A stretch of DNA of 62,846 nucleotides, counting the filler, from Collodictyon triciliatum (Eukaryota): the NCBI GenBank assembly GCA_043381765.1. It is 6 parts of 6 records of this genome, joined end to end, with 100 filler letters (N's around TTAATTAATTAA, not from the genome) between each part and the next. Parts side by side here need not be neighbours in the genome. Positions count along the whole stretch, not along the records: positions 48,079 to 59,967 come from JBHJMP010002281.1; positions 60,068 to 62,846 come from JBHJMP010002401.1; 4 more parts are not named here. The stretch is one strand, 5' to 3'. Positions within the stretch are counted from its first letter, which is position 1, and the number at the start of each line of letters is the position of its first letter. Positions 51,761 through 62,846 of the stretch are shown piece by piece. Both the position numbers and the translations under genes were made by a program. The notes beneath the pieces were generated by a model. The model was not told where the DNA came from and did not search any database. It saw only the letters and a program-made list of their open reading frames with translations.

Positions 51761-52298
51761 TTTATTAGTTGTATCTCATTCAGCTTGAATATCTGAAATC
51801 CTGTTGCCCTTCTTTATCGAAAATGCTTGTGAGGCTCCCGGCTCGACCTTCACCTTCTCTGTTTCCAGCCCACATCCCCGCAATCAAGATTGCAAGAAAG
51901 ACTACCCGTGCATGGCTTCGCCAACCGAATATTAATTTCCAATAATAGATAAAATATCACAAAACGGCAAAATACAAATTTGGAAAAACAAGATTTTTTC
52001 TTTTATCAGAAAAAATTAACCGCCACAACTCTGCCAAGCGCCAGCGGTTACATTGTTGCTGGTGATAAGGACACAAGAAACCGCAAAGCATGTGGCTATC
52101 TTCTCGACGCCTTTGGTTGCGTACTCTGCGTGCGAATGTAGAGGCCGCCCCCGTACTTTCACACCCGCTCAACATCCAAAACATCTTGAAATCATGCTGA
52201 TTCCTACTCCCAAATGTCTTGCAGACAAAGCCTGGGACGATCTTCGGTCCGTCGGATCCTATTGAGCCTCGTAACCGTTGAGAGAAAGGTAGAGTGTG

Positions 52299-54770
52299 AT
52301 GAAAGTAGCTGTGCTTACACATAATCCTCTTGAGTCAGTCGGTGAGAGAGCATGTATTAGTAAAGAGCCATCAGGAATCGACATTTCTGGTGCTATAGGC
52401 AGCCCAGGGACTGCTAGACAAATTGCCTTTACATGGAGCGAAAATGTAGAGGCCTTTCCTTCTTCAAGTTCAACACATGGCAAGGCTGATGTCATGGCCA
52501 ATCGTTCTGTATCACACCACTTCATTGAGAAAAAAACCCTGTCATTTCTGGGGTATAAAAGAACTGAAAGCCCAACAGACCCAAACGTAAATGAGCAGTC
52601 TCAACCACATTTTTCCGAAATTCAAGATTCTCAAGAGCCCAGACACATGATAGCACCTGTTCCCTGGAACCATGAATGCCGATTGGATGATGTTCTCATC
52701 GCTCCTGTAGAACAAGTTATTCTAGTGAATGCATCTCACTCTTTTGTGCATAGTTTAGGGGGCCAAGTCGCATCTCGGTTCCTTGTCCGATTCACATCCA
52801 AAATGCAACCTGTTTTCATCAGTATTTGGTTTTTGGATTGCATCTTTTGTCTTGTGAGTTTTTTAGGAAGTTCATACATCCCACCATGGGTGTGTTCAGT
52901 TGCTGGCTGTATTACATCCTTTTACTTGGCAATTTTGATGATAATGTTACAGAAAAATGTGGTTAGACGCATCATCATGAATTTCGAAACATCATACCTT
53001 TTAATTATTGCCCTTCTCAATAGCTATTTCCTAGCAGATATTCTTTGTTGGAACCCTGCTTATATGTCTTCCGTTGTGGCTTGCTATTTTTCATTTACTT
53101 TCGGTATATTCATGGACGGTAATTCAATATCTTTTAAGAAATTCGATCAAGGCTTTAATGATGCTCTTTTGAAGAATTTTTCATTAGAAGAGCAGGATCA
53201 GCACAGTTTGAATACTCCTTTTATTCTCAATCACCCGACCCTAAATACTGCCATATCCGGATGGGTTAACGCAGTAGTTGACAAGCAGAATGGAAGAATT
53301 CGCCATCTTATAACTCAGTTGTCTGTTATGAATTTGTTCCATCCGTGGTACCAATACGTCATCACAGCTTTATGTGGGATAACCAACCAGTTGGGAATAT
53401 ACATCATGATAAGATATGACCTCATGCCCCAAAAGTGTATTCGCACAGTAAAAATTATGTGGATGGAATGGGATTCAGATGAAATCCTTTTACTTTTATG
53501 TGCCCATCTTGTGCTATTTTTAACTAAGAGAATAGTTATTATGGCTTTACGTCCCGGACGGGTGGCAGCTATAAAAAGGAATATGATGATGATACCTTTG
53601 GTCCCATATTGGCACCACATCGATTTGTGTATTCAAAGCTTAGAAAATCGAGGGAAAGGACCAAGATTAGAGGTATCTAATCAAAGCATTAGCCGAAACT
53701 TTGAAAAGCTTGCAGCCTACTTTAAGGAACATCGATTATTGGCTCTTTTTTGTCCGAGTTCCATATATTCATTTCCTTACCAGCCCAAGCAGACTCACCA
53801 ATTTTCAGAAAAGCTTGAAAAAATTCTTAGTTATGTACATTCCTTTTGGTTTTACCTTTGGATGTTCTCCATCCCAGTTAGTGTCATATCCTTGTCATGT
53901 CTGGATAAAAATAATTTTCCTTTCTTTGGCTTCGTTTGCAGTGCAGGATTTATGTATGGAACCAAATATTTCAGGGGTTATTGTTACAAAATTTTATTTG
54001 AATCGGTATACTCGTTTGAAAATGTTTATGTCTTTCTATGCTTCAATTTGGCTTGTTTTTCATTGGCAGACTACTTGACGTGGAGTAGTCCCAAAACATA
54101 TATATCCGTACCTCTAATATATCTTGTTTATTTTCACAGCCTGTTCCATGGCGCTAAAAAAAGAGATAATGAGACATTTAATAACAATCTACGGAGGCTG
54201 TTTCAAGACAATTTTGATGAAATCAACAACACACCATTTACTCGTCACCTTTTACAGTCTATCCGCTGCTATGGTGCATATGTAAACTCCAAAAGTCAAA
54301 GGTTACTTCCGGGGGCTATTCAATATGATCATAATTTATACCCGACCATAAACCTCGATGAGCTTGAAAGTCATGACTGGTCGGTCGAGCATATCATTGC
54401 TCCTTTTCCAAGAATGACTAGAAAGGAGTGGTGGGTATATACGAAACTATTCGGGACTTACCATTTATTCATGAACTGGATATCAGTTATTCTCACAATT
54501 GCCATATACATCACAATTGAGACGGAAAATATCTCTACTGGCGAAGAGCGTATAATCAGCCTAGGGATTTTAAATTTATCCAATAGGGCTGTGTTGAATT
54601 CCTCACTGTCCAATCTCTTTCTCTTTTGCTTGAAACGTTCATTGGCATCCACGTTTAACCCCTTTGTTGTGTCCTTATTCGAAGTGGATCATTTGCGTAT
54701 CCCTATTGTCATAAGTTTACTGAAATACATGAAGTATTTGCAGGAATCCAGCAAGAGCAATATTACTTGA
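52299..54770 (+). CDS. Single-exon duplicated-domain membrane protein (paralog 3)
   Basis: 823-aa ORF. Halves are FETSYL..MDGNSISF..MIPLV and FENVYV..RIPIV. Confidence 0.9.
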   Translation: MKVAVLTHNPLESVGERACISKEPSGIDISGAIGSPGTARQIAFTWSENVEAFPSSSSTHGKADVMANRSVSHHFIEKKTLSFLGYKRTESPTDPNVNEQSQPHFSEIQDSQEPRHMIAPVPWNHECRLDDVLIAPVEQVILVNASHSFVHSLGGQVASRFLVRFTSKMQPVFISIWFLDCIFCLVSFLGSSYIPPWVCSVAGCITSFYLAILMIMLQKNVVRRIIMNFETSYLLIIALLNSYFLADILCWNPAYMSSVVACYFSFTFGIFMDGNSISFKKFDQGFNDALLKNFSLEEQDQHSLNTPFILNHPTLNTAISGWVNAVVDKQNGRIRHLITQLSVMNLFHPWYQYVITALCGITNQLGIYIMIRYDLMPQKCIRTVKIMWMEWDSDEILLLLCAHLVLFLTKRIVIMALRPGRVAAIKRNMMMIPLVPYWHHIDLCIQSLENRGKGPRLEVSNQSISRNFEKLAAYFKEHRLLALFCPSSIYSFPYQPKQTHQFSEKLEKILSYVHSFWFYLWMFSIPVSVISLSCLDKNNFPFFGFVCSAGFMYGTKYFRGYCYKILFESVYSFENVYVFLCFNLACFSLADYLTWSSPKTYISVPLIYLVYFHSLFHGAKKRDNETFNNNLRRLFQDNFDEINNTPFTRHLLQSIRCYGAYVNSKSQRLLPGAIQYDHNLYPTINLDELESHDWSVEHIIAPFPRMTRKEWWVYTKLFGTYHLFMNWISVILTIAIYITIETENISTGEERIISLGILNLSNRAVLNSSLSNLFLFCLKRSLASTFNPFVVSLFEVDHLRIPIVISLLKYMKYLQESSKSNIT

Positions 54771-54834
54771 CAAGGTTATTCTGGATGAACAAAGTTACCT
54801 CTCGTTTGTACTGATTTAAATATCGTCAATGCTT

Positions 54835-54856
54835 CTTTGAAGCGAATAAAGGAAAA
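54835..54856 (+). mobile_element. Ultra-short retroposed tail
   Basis: CTTTGAAGCGAATAAAGGAAAA between 17-bp repeats AAATATYGTCAATGCTT (54818-54834 and 54857-54873). Confidence 0.85.
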
Positions 54857-54921
54857 AAATATTGTCAATGCTTTTATCAGGGTTTCACCGCAGACAAAAT
54901 TAAAATATGTAACTGAAAGTT

Positions 54922-55157
54922 TTTTTCCCCTTTATTCGATTCAAAGCGCAGCGAGATTATGCCATTAAAAGAAGTGAGACGGGAGCGCATGGGAGAGAGC
55001 AAACGCGATAAGAGAAGACACTACCGTGGAGAGGCGAGCGCTGGAAATAAATCAGTGATGGCGAGTTGGTCAGGCGGGCATCCCAACTGGTTGATTGGTT
55101 GCATGGGTAGCAGTGGTTGGATATGCTGTGGGAGATATCGCACGACACATTCCCATC
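54922..55157 (-). mobile_element. 236-bp 5'-truncated non-LTR retroelement 3' end (longest family copy)
   Basis: It has the same 3' terminus and aligns with the 53-bp copy. Perfect 14-bp TSD TGTAACTGAAAGTT (54908-54921 and 55158-55171). Confidence 0.92.
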
Positions 55158-56179
55158 TGTAACTGAAAGTTAAATATGAAAGAAAGAAGAAGAAAAAAAA
55201 ACGAACGAACACTTTGGGCATATGCATTTGTCTTTTGTCTTTTCTTGTTTTTCTTTCTAGCTGACCCACCAACCAAGACCCAAAGCGAACGGACAAGAAA
55301 TAATTGTAACTTGCATCACTTTTCGTATCGCTCCTTGTTTTGCCGCATTTTTTTTTATCCTTTCTCTCAATTTGCGTGACCAGGAATTAAAAGTGTTGGT
55401 ACCATGGAAGTTTTTATTTTCTTTTCGAGACGAACACACTAAGCAGACCCAAAAATAAAAAAAAGTAATATTACTGTTGTCAACGCCATACTTGATAATT
55501 TAAAGTCCTAGGGGCGTTCCATAGGACTTGTCTCGTGGGCAGTTCGAGCATCCAAACACTCGCTGAAAAGTAATAAAGTAATAAAAGGGAAAATGAAAAG
55601 AAAAAACATCATCAGTCCTGAAGAACCCGTGCGCGGCAAGCGAGGATAGGATGAAAGAACGGTCAAAAGAAGCGGAAAGGGGTGATGATGTGCTTCGCTA
55701 ACCCCTCGTCGCTGCGCCCTTGCCACTGGCTATTTGAGCCACCCGGTTTCCAAACACATCTCAGAGGCAAAGCCCCACGAGACAAAACACGCCACCAAAT
55801 CCCGAACCGAATTGGGTGAAAAGAAACCAAAGAGTAAGCCGGGTTGAGAAGATAGAAAATAATTTTAATAATAAAAAAATTAGGAGAATGAAACAGAAAG
55901 TGAAATCAAAAGGCTCTGCTTAATTTACTGCGGAGTCGGCCACCCTCCTTTTGATCGCTGCGATCTTGTCGATCATTTTCTTTGCTTTGCCGCTTCATTT
56001 TCAGGCTTTGCCCTCTAGTAGCAACATACATCCGCAAGCACTCGATCTTCAACTGATTTATCGTGAACTGTTGATTGAGAATAGATAAATATACAGCTGT
56101 CGGAGTCTCGCTTGTGCAAAGGTTATAACGCAAGCTCGATTTCTTAGATCAGCCCCCTTCAGAAGACCCAACTAAAACG

Positions 56180-58001
56180 ATGGCCTCTGTCAAAATAAAC
56201 ATCCGCACCGCTGGTTACGATCCGAATCAGCAGTTGCTCGTTGAGATACCAGGGGCAGAAACAGTGGGGGAGCTGAAGAATAGGGTATTATATAGTTCAT
56301 GATCCAAGCATTCACAACCTTAAAACATGAAAGAAATGACATAAACTCATAAACGAGTTTGAACAGGCCCAATGCACAAATTGTGGTATTATCACCTATA
56401 TATTATAGAGGTGATAATACCACACAAATATTATTTTTAATTTATTTATTTATTTTTTAAAAAAAAAGAAAACATAACATGAGATCATTTCCTTAACATT
56501 TTTTTTTCGATCTACGCTAATTAAAAAAAAAAAAAAAAGAAGCAAAGATGGCGTAAATGTTCCTTTGGAGCGATAAAATAAGGATTTAGAGGAAATGTCG
56601 GTCTATGACACCCCAATGCGCTTTAACTCCCTTCTTCCCATAAAAACCGCAGATTACGCAATCACATCCATCCCATCCTATCCCATCACAACAGCGTCTC
56701 ATCTATGCTGGTGCTATTCTTCGAGATGAACAAAAAATAGCGGACGTTTTTTATCAGGTTTGGGGGTTTCACCTATGATCGTATGCTATTGTAGTCCGGA
56801 GTTCTTCCTTGAGTAAATATATCATTTAGGGCTGTCATGGAATATGTTTCACATAAAGAACGAGAATTGATCCGTTATCTTTCTATTGCTACAGCTATAT
56901 TTTTATTTTTGAAAACAGCGAGTAAAAAAGAATTTCGTTTTACTACCACAGAATCAACCTGATTTCAGTTATGTGGCCCACCTAGTCATATCTAACTCAA
57001 CGTCAGATCCACAGACCTCCTCTAGTAGGGCAACTCAAAACCAAACAGAAACAAACCAAAGCTTCCCTAATCAACTCCAATATCCAGGCCCGTACTACAA
57101 TCATCTATATGCAAATTACCCTCCGTTTGCTTTCAATTCTCCGCTTGCATTTACGTAAATATTACATCATTATGTTGCAGTAAATCAACCATTTTTGAAA
57201 CAAATTTCGTCTACTTTATTTCTCAGTTTAAGCAGACCTTTTTTTCTTTTAATTTTCTTGTTAAAAAATCGACAATCTAGAAAACAATTTACCATAGCCC
57301 AAATGCAAATATCAGCGCTTTATTTTGCATCATGTATGGTCTAAGGTGTTCTCAACTATTAGGGACTCATACTATGAAGGGCAAGGGGTCTCACATAACC
57401 CTTACCATCAACACGGAGGCCACTACTTTCAACCATATAATGGATTCACTCAAACACACCCACAAATATCACCACAGCAACAACAACAACAACAACAACA
57501 ACCACAAATACATCAACCACAAATACCTCAACAAGTACAACAACCCCAAATACCTCAACAAAATCCCCAGGTTTTTGTCCGACATTTTCAGTTCGATTTA
57601 AGCGTCGCTTTTCGTTATCTAATGTTTGCCCTAATTCTCTATTCTGCTATACCTGGAGGAGAGTCTATGGTCAGTACGTCTCAAATATACCTACTGGCCT
57701 TGCTTTGGTTATTGTGAGTCCCCCATTAAATTCTCTTTATATCACCTTGTATTTCAATCCTTACTGCTAATGTCTTAACGGCCACTCTCATTACCGTCAC
57801 TCATATAATTATTTTGAACTCTAATTGAGAAAGGCTTAATCTTGTAACTAATGCATGATTCAATATGAAACAATCTTACTTTTTTTTCCCCTCCGCTCGT
57901 TTCAAAGACGAAATAATCTAACATAGTGACATATATCTCTACTTAGATTTCAAATGGGTTTTTTTCAATTCAACGTCCAAGTTAGAGGATTCAGACAATA
58001 G
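56180..58001 (+). CDS. HERP/HERPUD-like protein (N-terminal ubiquitin-like domain, C-terminal TM segments); 3' end uncertain
   Basis: TVGELKNR|ITQSHPSHPIPSQQRLIYAGAILRDEQKIADVF..VAHLV, then a Q/Y-rich linker and hydrophobic FRYLMFALILY..FQMGFF. Confidence 0.8.
56382..56424. mobile_element. 43-bp palindromic MITE-like insert in an intron
   Basis: Perfect 16-bp inverted repeat TGTGGTATTATCACCT / AGGTGATAATACCACA, flanked by the direct repeat CAAAT. Confidence 0.65.
57880..57907 (-). mobile_element. Degenerate ultra-short retroposed tail in an intron
   Basis: T8-CCCCTCCGCTCGTTTCAAAG between ATGAAACAATCTTAC and ACGAAATAATCTAAC. Confidence 0.65.
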
Positions 58002-58571
58002 ATAAGAATAAATGGCACATTTCAATGACTGATCAGGATGCATGGATGCCTTCTTTCTGTAAGATAGTGAATGAGTCCTCATAGCAGATGTTCGTTTTGC
58101 CAGGGCGATTGCAAAGTGCTAAAACCATTCAAACGCCGGCGCAAACGACCAGTCAGTCGCAAGACTCAACCAATTATGGAATATATATATTTATACGTAA
58201 ATCGATTATTTTATTGTTGATATATCAATAAATATATGAAATATCGTATATATTCTACCAATTTATATCATTTAGAAGCTTTATTTTGTGGCTTGGTAAT
58301 CCACTTGACGGGGACAGATTTCTTTATGTCTCTCCACATTAGGTAATTGTGGCTATTCAAAACCGCCACTAAGACGTCGATTTTCTGCTATGAAACAAGA
58401 CTTCCTTTCTATTAGTAGGACCGAATAAATGTGCCTACCAAGATGTCCAAATGAAGAATATTTCACGAGCTGACTTTGGACTATTCAATTGTGCGCGTTC
58501 AAACCGGAACAGCCACAGCGCCACCAACTTCTCTCTAGCGAATGAAAGTCTGCTTCTATTTTCGCTTTGCC

Positions 58572-59835
58572 ATGGCCGAATCGCCAAAAAAAAAACAGCA
58601 TATTCCAAATAAAGAGATTGGTTTTTACAATACTGGAAAGCACAATTCAATTCACCTTACAATTTATCCTCTCCTTTTTTTTTTTCAGCGGCCATCGCGG
58701 GCTGCTAGGGATGCCAATCAGCTAGACCAGAGAAAGCCGCTCATTCCCAGGTTCGTGATCGATAGAAGCGAGGAAGGAGGAGGCCGCAGAGCAAAGAGTC
58801 ATAGACGTTCAAACCCAGCACAATATCTGAACCCGCACAATATTGAACAGAGTACAGTGGGCAAAGCAAAAGGATTGAAGACTTGGAGAGGGTTAAGGCA
58901 CCGCCCAACAACCGGAGAGACTATTTCTTGTTTTCTCTGTGGGCATTCCTATTCACACGACAACTACCAACCAACCAACAAACAAACAAAAGAAAATACT
59001 AACATGAATGCCAACAGGAGCTCCAGGTCGATCCCCCGACCCGCCTTTGTCAGCTCCCTTCAGCACTCCCCCCCAAGAAACAAATGCAGACTGTGACCAG
59101 CACCGAATCCGCCCCTGCCAAAACCACAGCCACACAGCCTACCACAAACACAGCCACAGCCACAACCACAACCACAACCACAAAGGCCGTTGAGTGGGAC
59201 GGGACAGAGACCTTCAATCCCTCCGGAGTCGACTGGTTTGCAGAGCCCGGGTGGATGGACCTGGACAGGATGAAAGCGCGGGCATGGGCACTGTGGCGCC
59301 ACTACCTGGCCGGGATTGTGGCGTGGCTGTGGTCACTGGTTGCCCCACCAGAGCCAACTACAACCACAACCTCAGCCACAACCTCAGCCACAACCTCAGC
59401 CACCGCCGCAACCACAGCGCGGGCCTTGACGCTGTCCATCCCCTTCGTTCCACCCTCGGCCACCTCCGTGGCGCAGACGGGCCTCGACTGCAGAGACGCG
59501 GAGACCCATGTGCGACACATCCACGACCCAGAAGGTAGCTGCCTTTCCTTTTTTCTTTTTCTTTTTCTTTTTCTCTTTCTTTTTCCTTTTTCCTTTCCTT
59601 TTCTTCTTTCCTTTTCTTCTTTCCCTTTCCGCACCACATCACGCCACGCCAGAGCTCCCTGTGACCACAGCACCCTCCCCCGCAGGACCGATCCGGATCC
59701 ACCGCTTCCACATTGAGGGCGGTCCGCACCACGCAGCACCCCTCGCGGCATACCTGACGTACTCCGGCCCCAAAGGCTGTGATGTGGCCCTCCACTGGCG
59801 CAGACGAGACCTGATTCGGACGCAGAGCCTTCCGG
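58572..59835 (+). CDS. Hypothetical protein, 5' exons; truncated at the contig end
   Basis: Open exons bounded by GT-AG with pyrimidine tracts. Thr-rich repeats and a Trp-rich segment are present. Confidence 0.5.
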
Positions 59836-59860
59836 GTATGCCCATTCTTGTTTTTGGCGC

Positions 59861-59967
<107 letters not shown>

Positions 59968-60414
59968 NNNNNNNNNNNNNNNNNNNNNNNNNNNNNNNNN
60001 NNNNNNNNNNNTTAATTAATTAANNNNNNNNNNNNNNNNNNNNNNNNNNNNNNNNNNNNNNNNNNNNTTTTTTTTTTTCCCTCAACTGGGTAGAAATAGT
60101 TTAATCCTTTCCTTTTCTTTCTTAAAACATAACTTCGAATTTTGTTACTAGGATTCACCAGTTCTTCACTTTTTTTTTTTAACCCGGTTTTTTTTCTTTC
60201 TTTCTCTTTCTCTTTCCTTTCGTTTCTTTTTTTCTTTTTTTTTCTTTTTTTTTTTTCTTTTTCTTTCCTTTCTTTTCTTTTTTTCTTTTTTCTTCTTTTT
60301 TTTTTTCTTCTTTTTTTTTTCCGGGTTTTGCTTGAACAAAAGGAAAGGGTTTGGAGGTCACCCAAACCCGAACGGCAAAAGACAACAAGAAAAGAAAAAA
60401 AAAAAAGACATTTA

Positions 60415-62263
60415 ATGGCGACCGACGAGATTGCACAAAAGAGGCAAGAAATGCTTTGGGCACAACAAATCCGTCTTTCAGCTTATGCCAAAGAAAGTGC
60501 AGCTGCCTCCTCAAAAGCTGCAAAGACCACTAGCAGACACCCCTCGCTTCCAAAAGGGCTCAACTCAGATGAAGAGTCAGAAGACTCTGGCGACTCAGAC
60601 GCCAGAGACAAACGTAGAAGGAGAAGGTCAGCAGGATCCTCTTCCTCTAGAAAAACATCATCAAAATCTTCTACAAAGAAAAAATCTTCTTCCTCCTCTA
60701 TTGGCACAGCCCCAAGTGCAGCAGGGGGTTTACATTCCTCAACAAAAGGGAAAACTTCCTACTCCACAAAGCCTCCTATCGTATCAATCGACTTGGCTGG
60801 GGAGCTACATGAGGAGGAACTAAATAAGAACAAAATTATCGTCCAAAAGGGAGGTCTGTAATCCTTTCCCTTACTAACCGTTCAGATTCATTCTGTACGT
60901 ATAAATCGTACCCAAACTCCTCTCAAAAATATGATTCATTTGAGTTCTTTCTATACTTATGTATATGAATATGTATGAAATATAATAATTGAAATAATTG
61001 AAATAAATAAATGACGTTTGAGATATAATCGTTATTTCATCTTGTTCCCTTGTTCCGCATCCAGTTCTTGTATTCAACGATGTTTTGTTCTTCCTTCCTC
61101 ATCTTTTCCTCTTCTGAACACCTTTATCTATTCGATTTTTTAATATAAATATATTGCATACTCATCATTTAAATCATTATAATCATATGATCATAATGTT
61201 AAAAAGAATTTTTTTCTCAATCACGTACCTCATAATAGATATGTCTATATTTTTTTCTCCTCATACAATACTGGATACTTTTTTTTTTGAATCTTTGCAA
61301 ACCATCTACCATTAAATAGCGGGTCAATTATTTATGGAACGCGAAAAGGAACGTCAAAGAAAGAAACAGGAAGAGCAGAGAAATAAAGAAGCACAAGAAC
61401 TTGCTCTCCGCCAAGAAGGTCTTTTCGTTCTATATATTCTATATGTCATCTTAATCATTCAATTATAAAATTTATTCATAACAAAATCCAACCAACCAAC
61501 CAACCAACCAACCAAGAAACAAACAAAATCGAAAAGGAAAGAAAAGAGGAAAAAAGAAGGAAGGAATATGAAAAAGACAAAACTGAATATGAAATGAAAG
61601 ACAAAAAGAAACGAAGAGAAAAAAGATATAAAATCGTTTCATTCAGATATAGTAACCAAGTTGTCCAGTAATATACTTTTTTTTTTAAAAAAAATATTTA
61701 TTGGATAATCATTATATATGAACAAATTACTCTTCGGTCAAAAAAAATACTCTTTAATCCCCAAAAAAGATTCAATTTTTTTTTAAAAAATAATAATTGG
61801 TCTTTATATTAAAATATACAATTTTCGTCTCTTTTCGATTTTAAGACATTAAATAATACTTTGAATAATAATAGCAATCAAGAAAGCGATTGTGTCAAAA
61901 AAGCACCCAAACGAACCTTTAGAAGGCAAAGGAAACACAAAAGCATCAATTCGTCCATCAGAAAAAATACCACAAGCAAAGTCAACATCAATTACTTCAA
62001 CACCTTCCTGTGAGCACAAATATATAATTCCATACAACGCACGCTTTACCCAAGTTTGATATATTAAAGATAAAAACTCAATACTAATATTCAGTGCCAG
62101 TAAGAAAAGAACAATCAAAGAAGCATTCCCATTCATTTCAAAAGCGGAGAGAACACTCCTCAGAAGACGAAGAAAGCTCAAAAGATGAGTATGGGGATAG
62201 CTACGATAGTGAATCAGGTGCCTCAGAAGACGAAGAAGAAGAAGATACAAGGACCAAAAAGTG
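60415..62263 (+). CDS. Hypothetical Ser/Lys/acidic low-complexity protein; multi-exon, probably continues beyond 62263
   Basis: Exon MATDEIAQKRQEMLWAQQIRL..IIVQKG, then a charged coiled exon (~61320-61418) and an acidic exon (~62145-62263). Confidence 0.6.
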
Positions 62264-62846
62264 TGTAATTGCATTATAAATGCATAATTATATGATCTAC
62301 TTTTTAACCTTACATGTTTCGCAGTTTGTTGTTTCCTTCCTAAATAAATGGAAAGTTGTTTTTTTTCAATCATTCCTAATGTTATCTTTATATACTTATT
62401 TGTAATTAAAAATAATAAAATAGTGTTTGAAATGTTCGCAAATATATCGCTCGGTTATCAGATTCATTATTTTTTTCCAACTACATCGGGTTTTATACGA
62501 GTCTCAAACACTCGATCTAATTTATGATTTTTCAAAAAAAGAAAAGAAAACAACCCAATACCGCATTCCACCTCATTCTTTCAAAAAATCTTGGTGATCA
62601 TCTCTCTTTTTTCTCTCTAGGGAATTGTCCAAAATTATTGCATCGTTTCAGCGAAACCAAAGACATCGCCACCTAGATGATGACGATGACATTGATAACA
62701 TGGAATCAAAATTAAGTGATATTGAGAAGGAGGAAAAATACAGGTCAGAAATGTGTCAGAAATTCGTTTTTTTTTTAAGTACACACTTGAAGAGTTAAAA
62801 AAAAAAAAAAAAACAAACAAACATTAACCAAAAATTGTTTTTAAAA

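Noticed and set aside
56389-56417. Phage lambda operator-like TATCACC..GGTGATA
   Set aside because: The spacing is wrong and the site is in a eukaryotic intron. The TIR plus TSD explanation fits better.

Overview
Eukaryotic genomic DNA, probably from a flagellated protist. It has many short GT-AG introns, abundant microsatellites and sharp GC-rich islands. The window is not one locus. Five 100-bp spacers (N44-TTAATTAATTAA-N44) join six contigs, five of them about 11.9 kb long, so gene order across spacers is probably artificial. Recognisable genes are a USP deubiquitinase, THO1/MOS11-like, the UPF2 3' end, a P4-ATPase 5' end, a PYG-repeat ciliary-type protein, a zinc-finger/G-patch protein, a multi-C2 protein, an NPHP3-like NACHT-TPR protein, a GPR137 homologue with lesions, and a HERP-like UBL protein. 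Four things stand out. (1) A dispersed family of ultra-short retroposed insertions: 9 copies of 22-236 bp sharing the 3' end CTTTGAATCGAATAAAGG-polyA, each with its own target-site duplication. (2) Three paralogous single-exon membrane proteins with an internally duplicated domain that I cannot assign to a known family, on three separate contigs. (3) A NACHT-TPR gene whose TPR repeats are each encoded by a symmetric phase-2 exon, mostly 126 nt. (4) A 43-bp TGT...ACA palindrome with a 5-bp TSD. All exon boundaries and family calls were read by eye without database searches.
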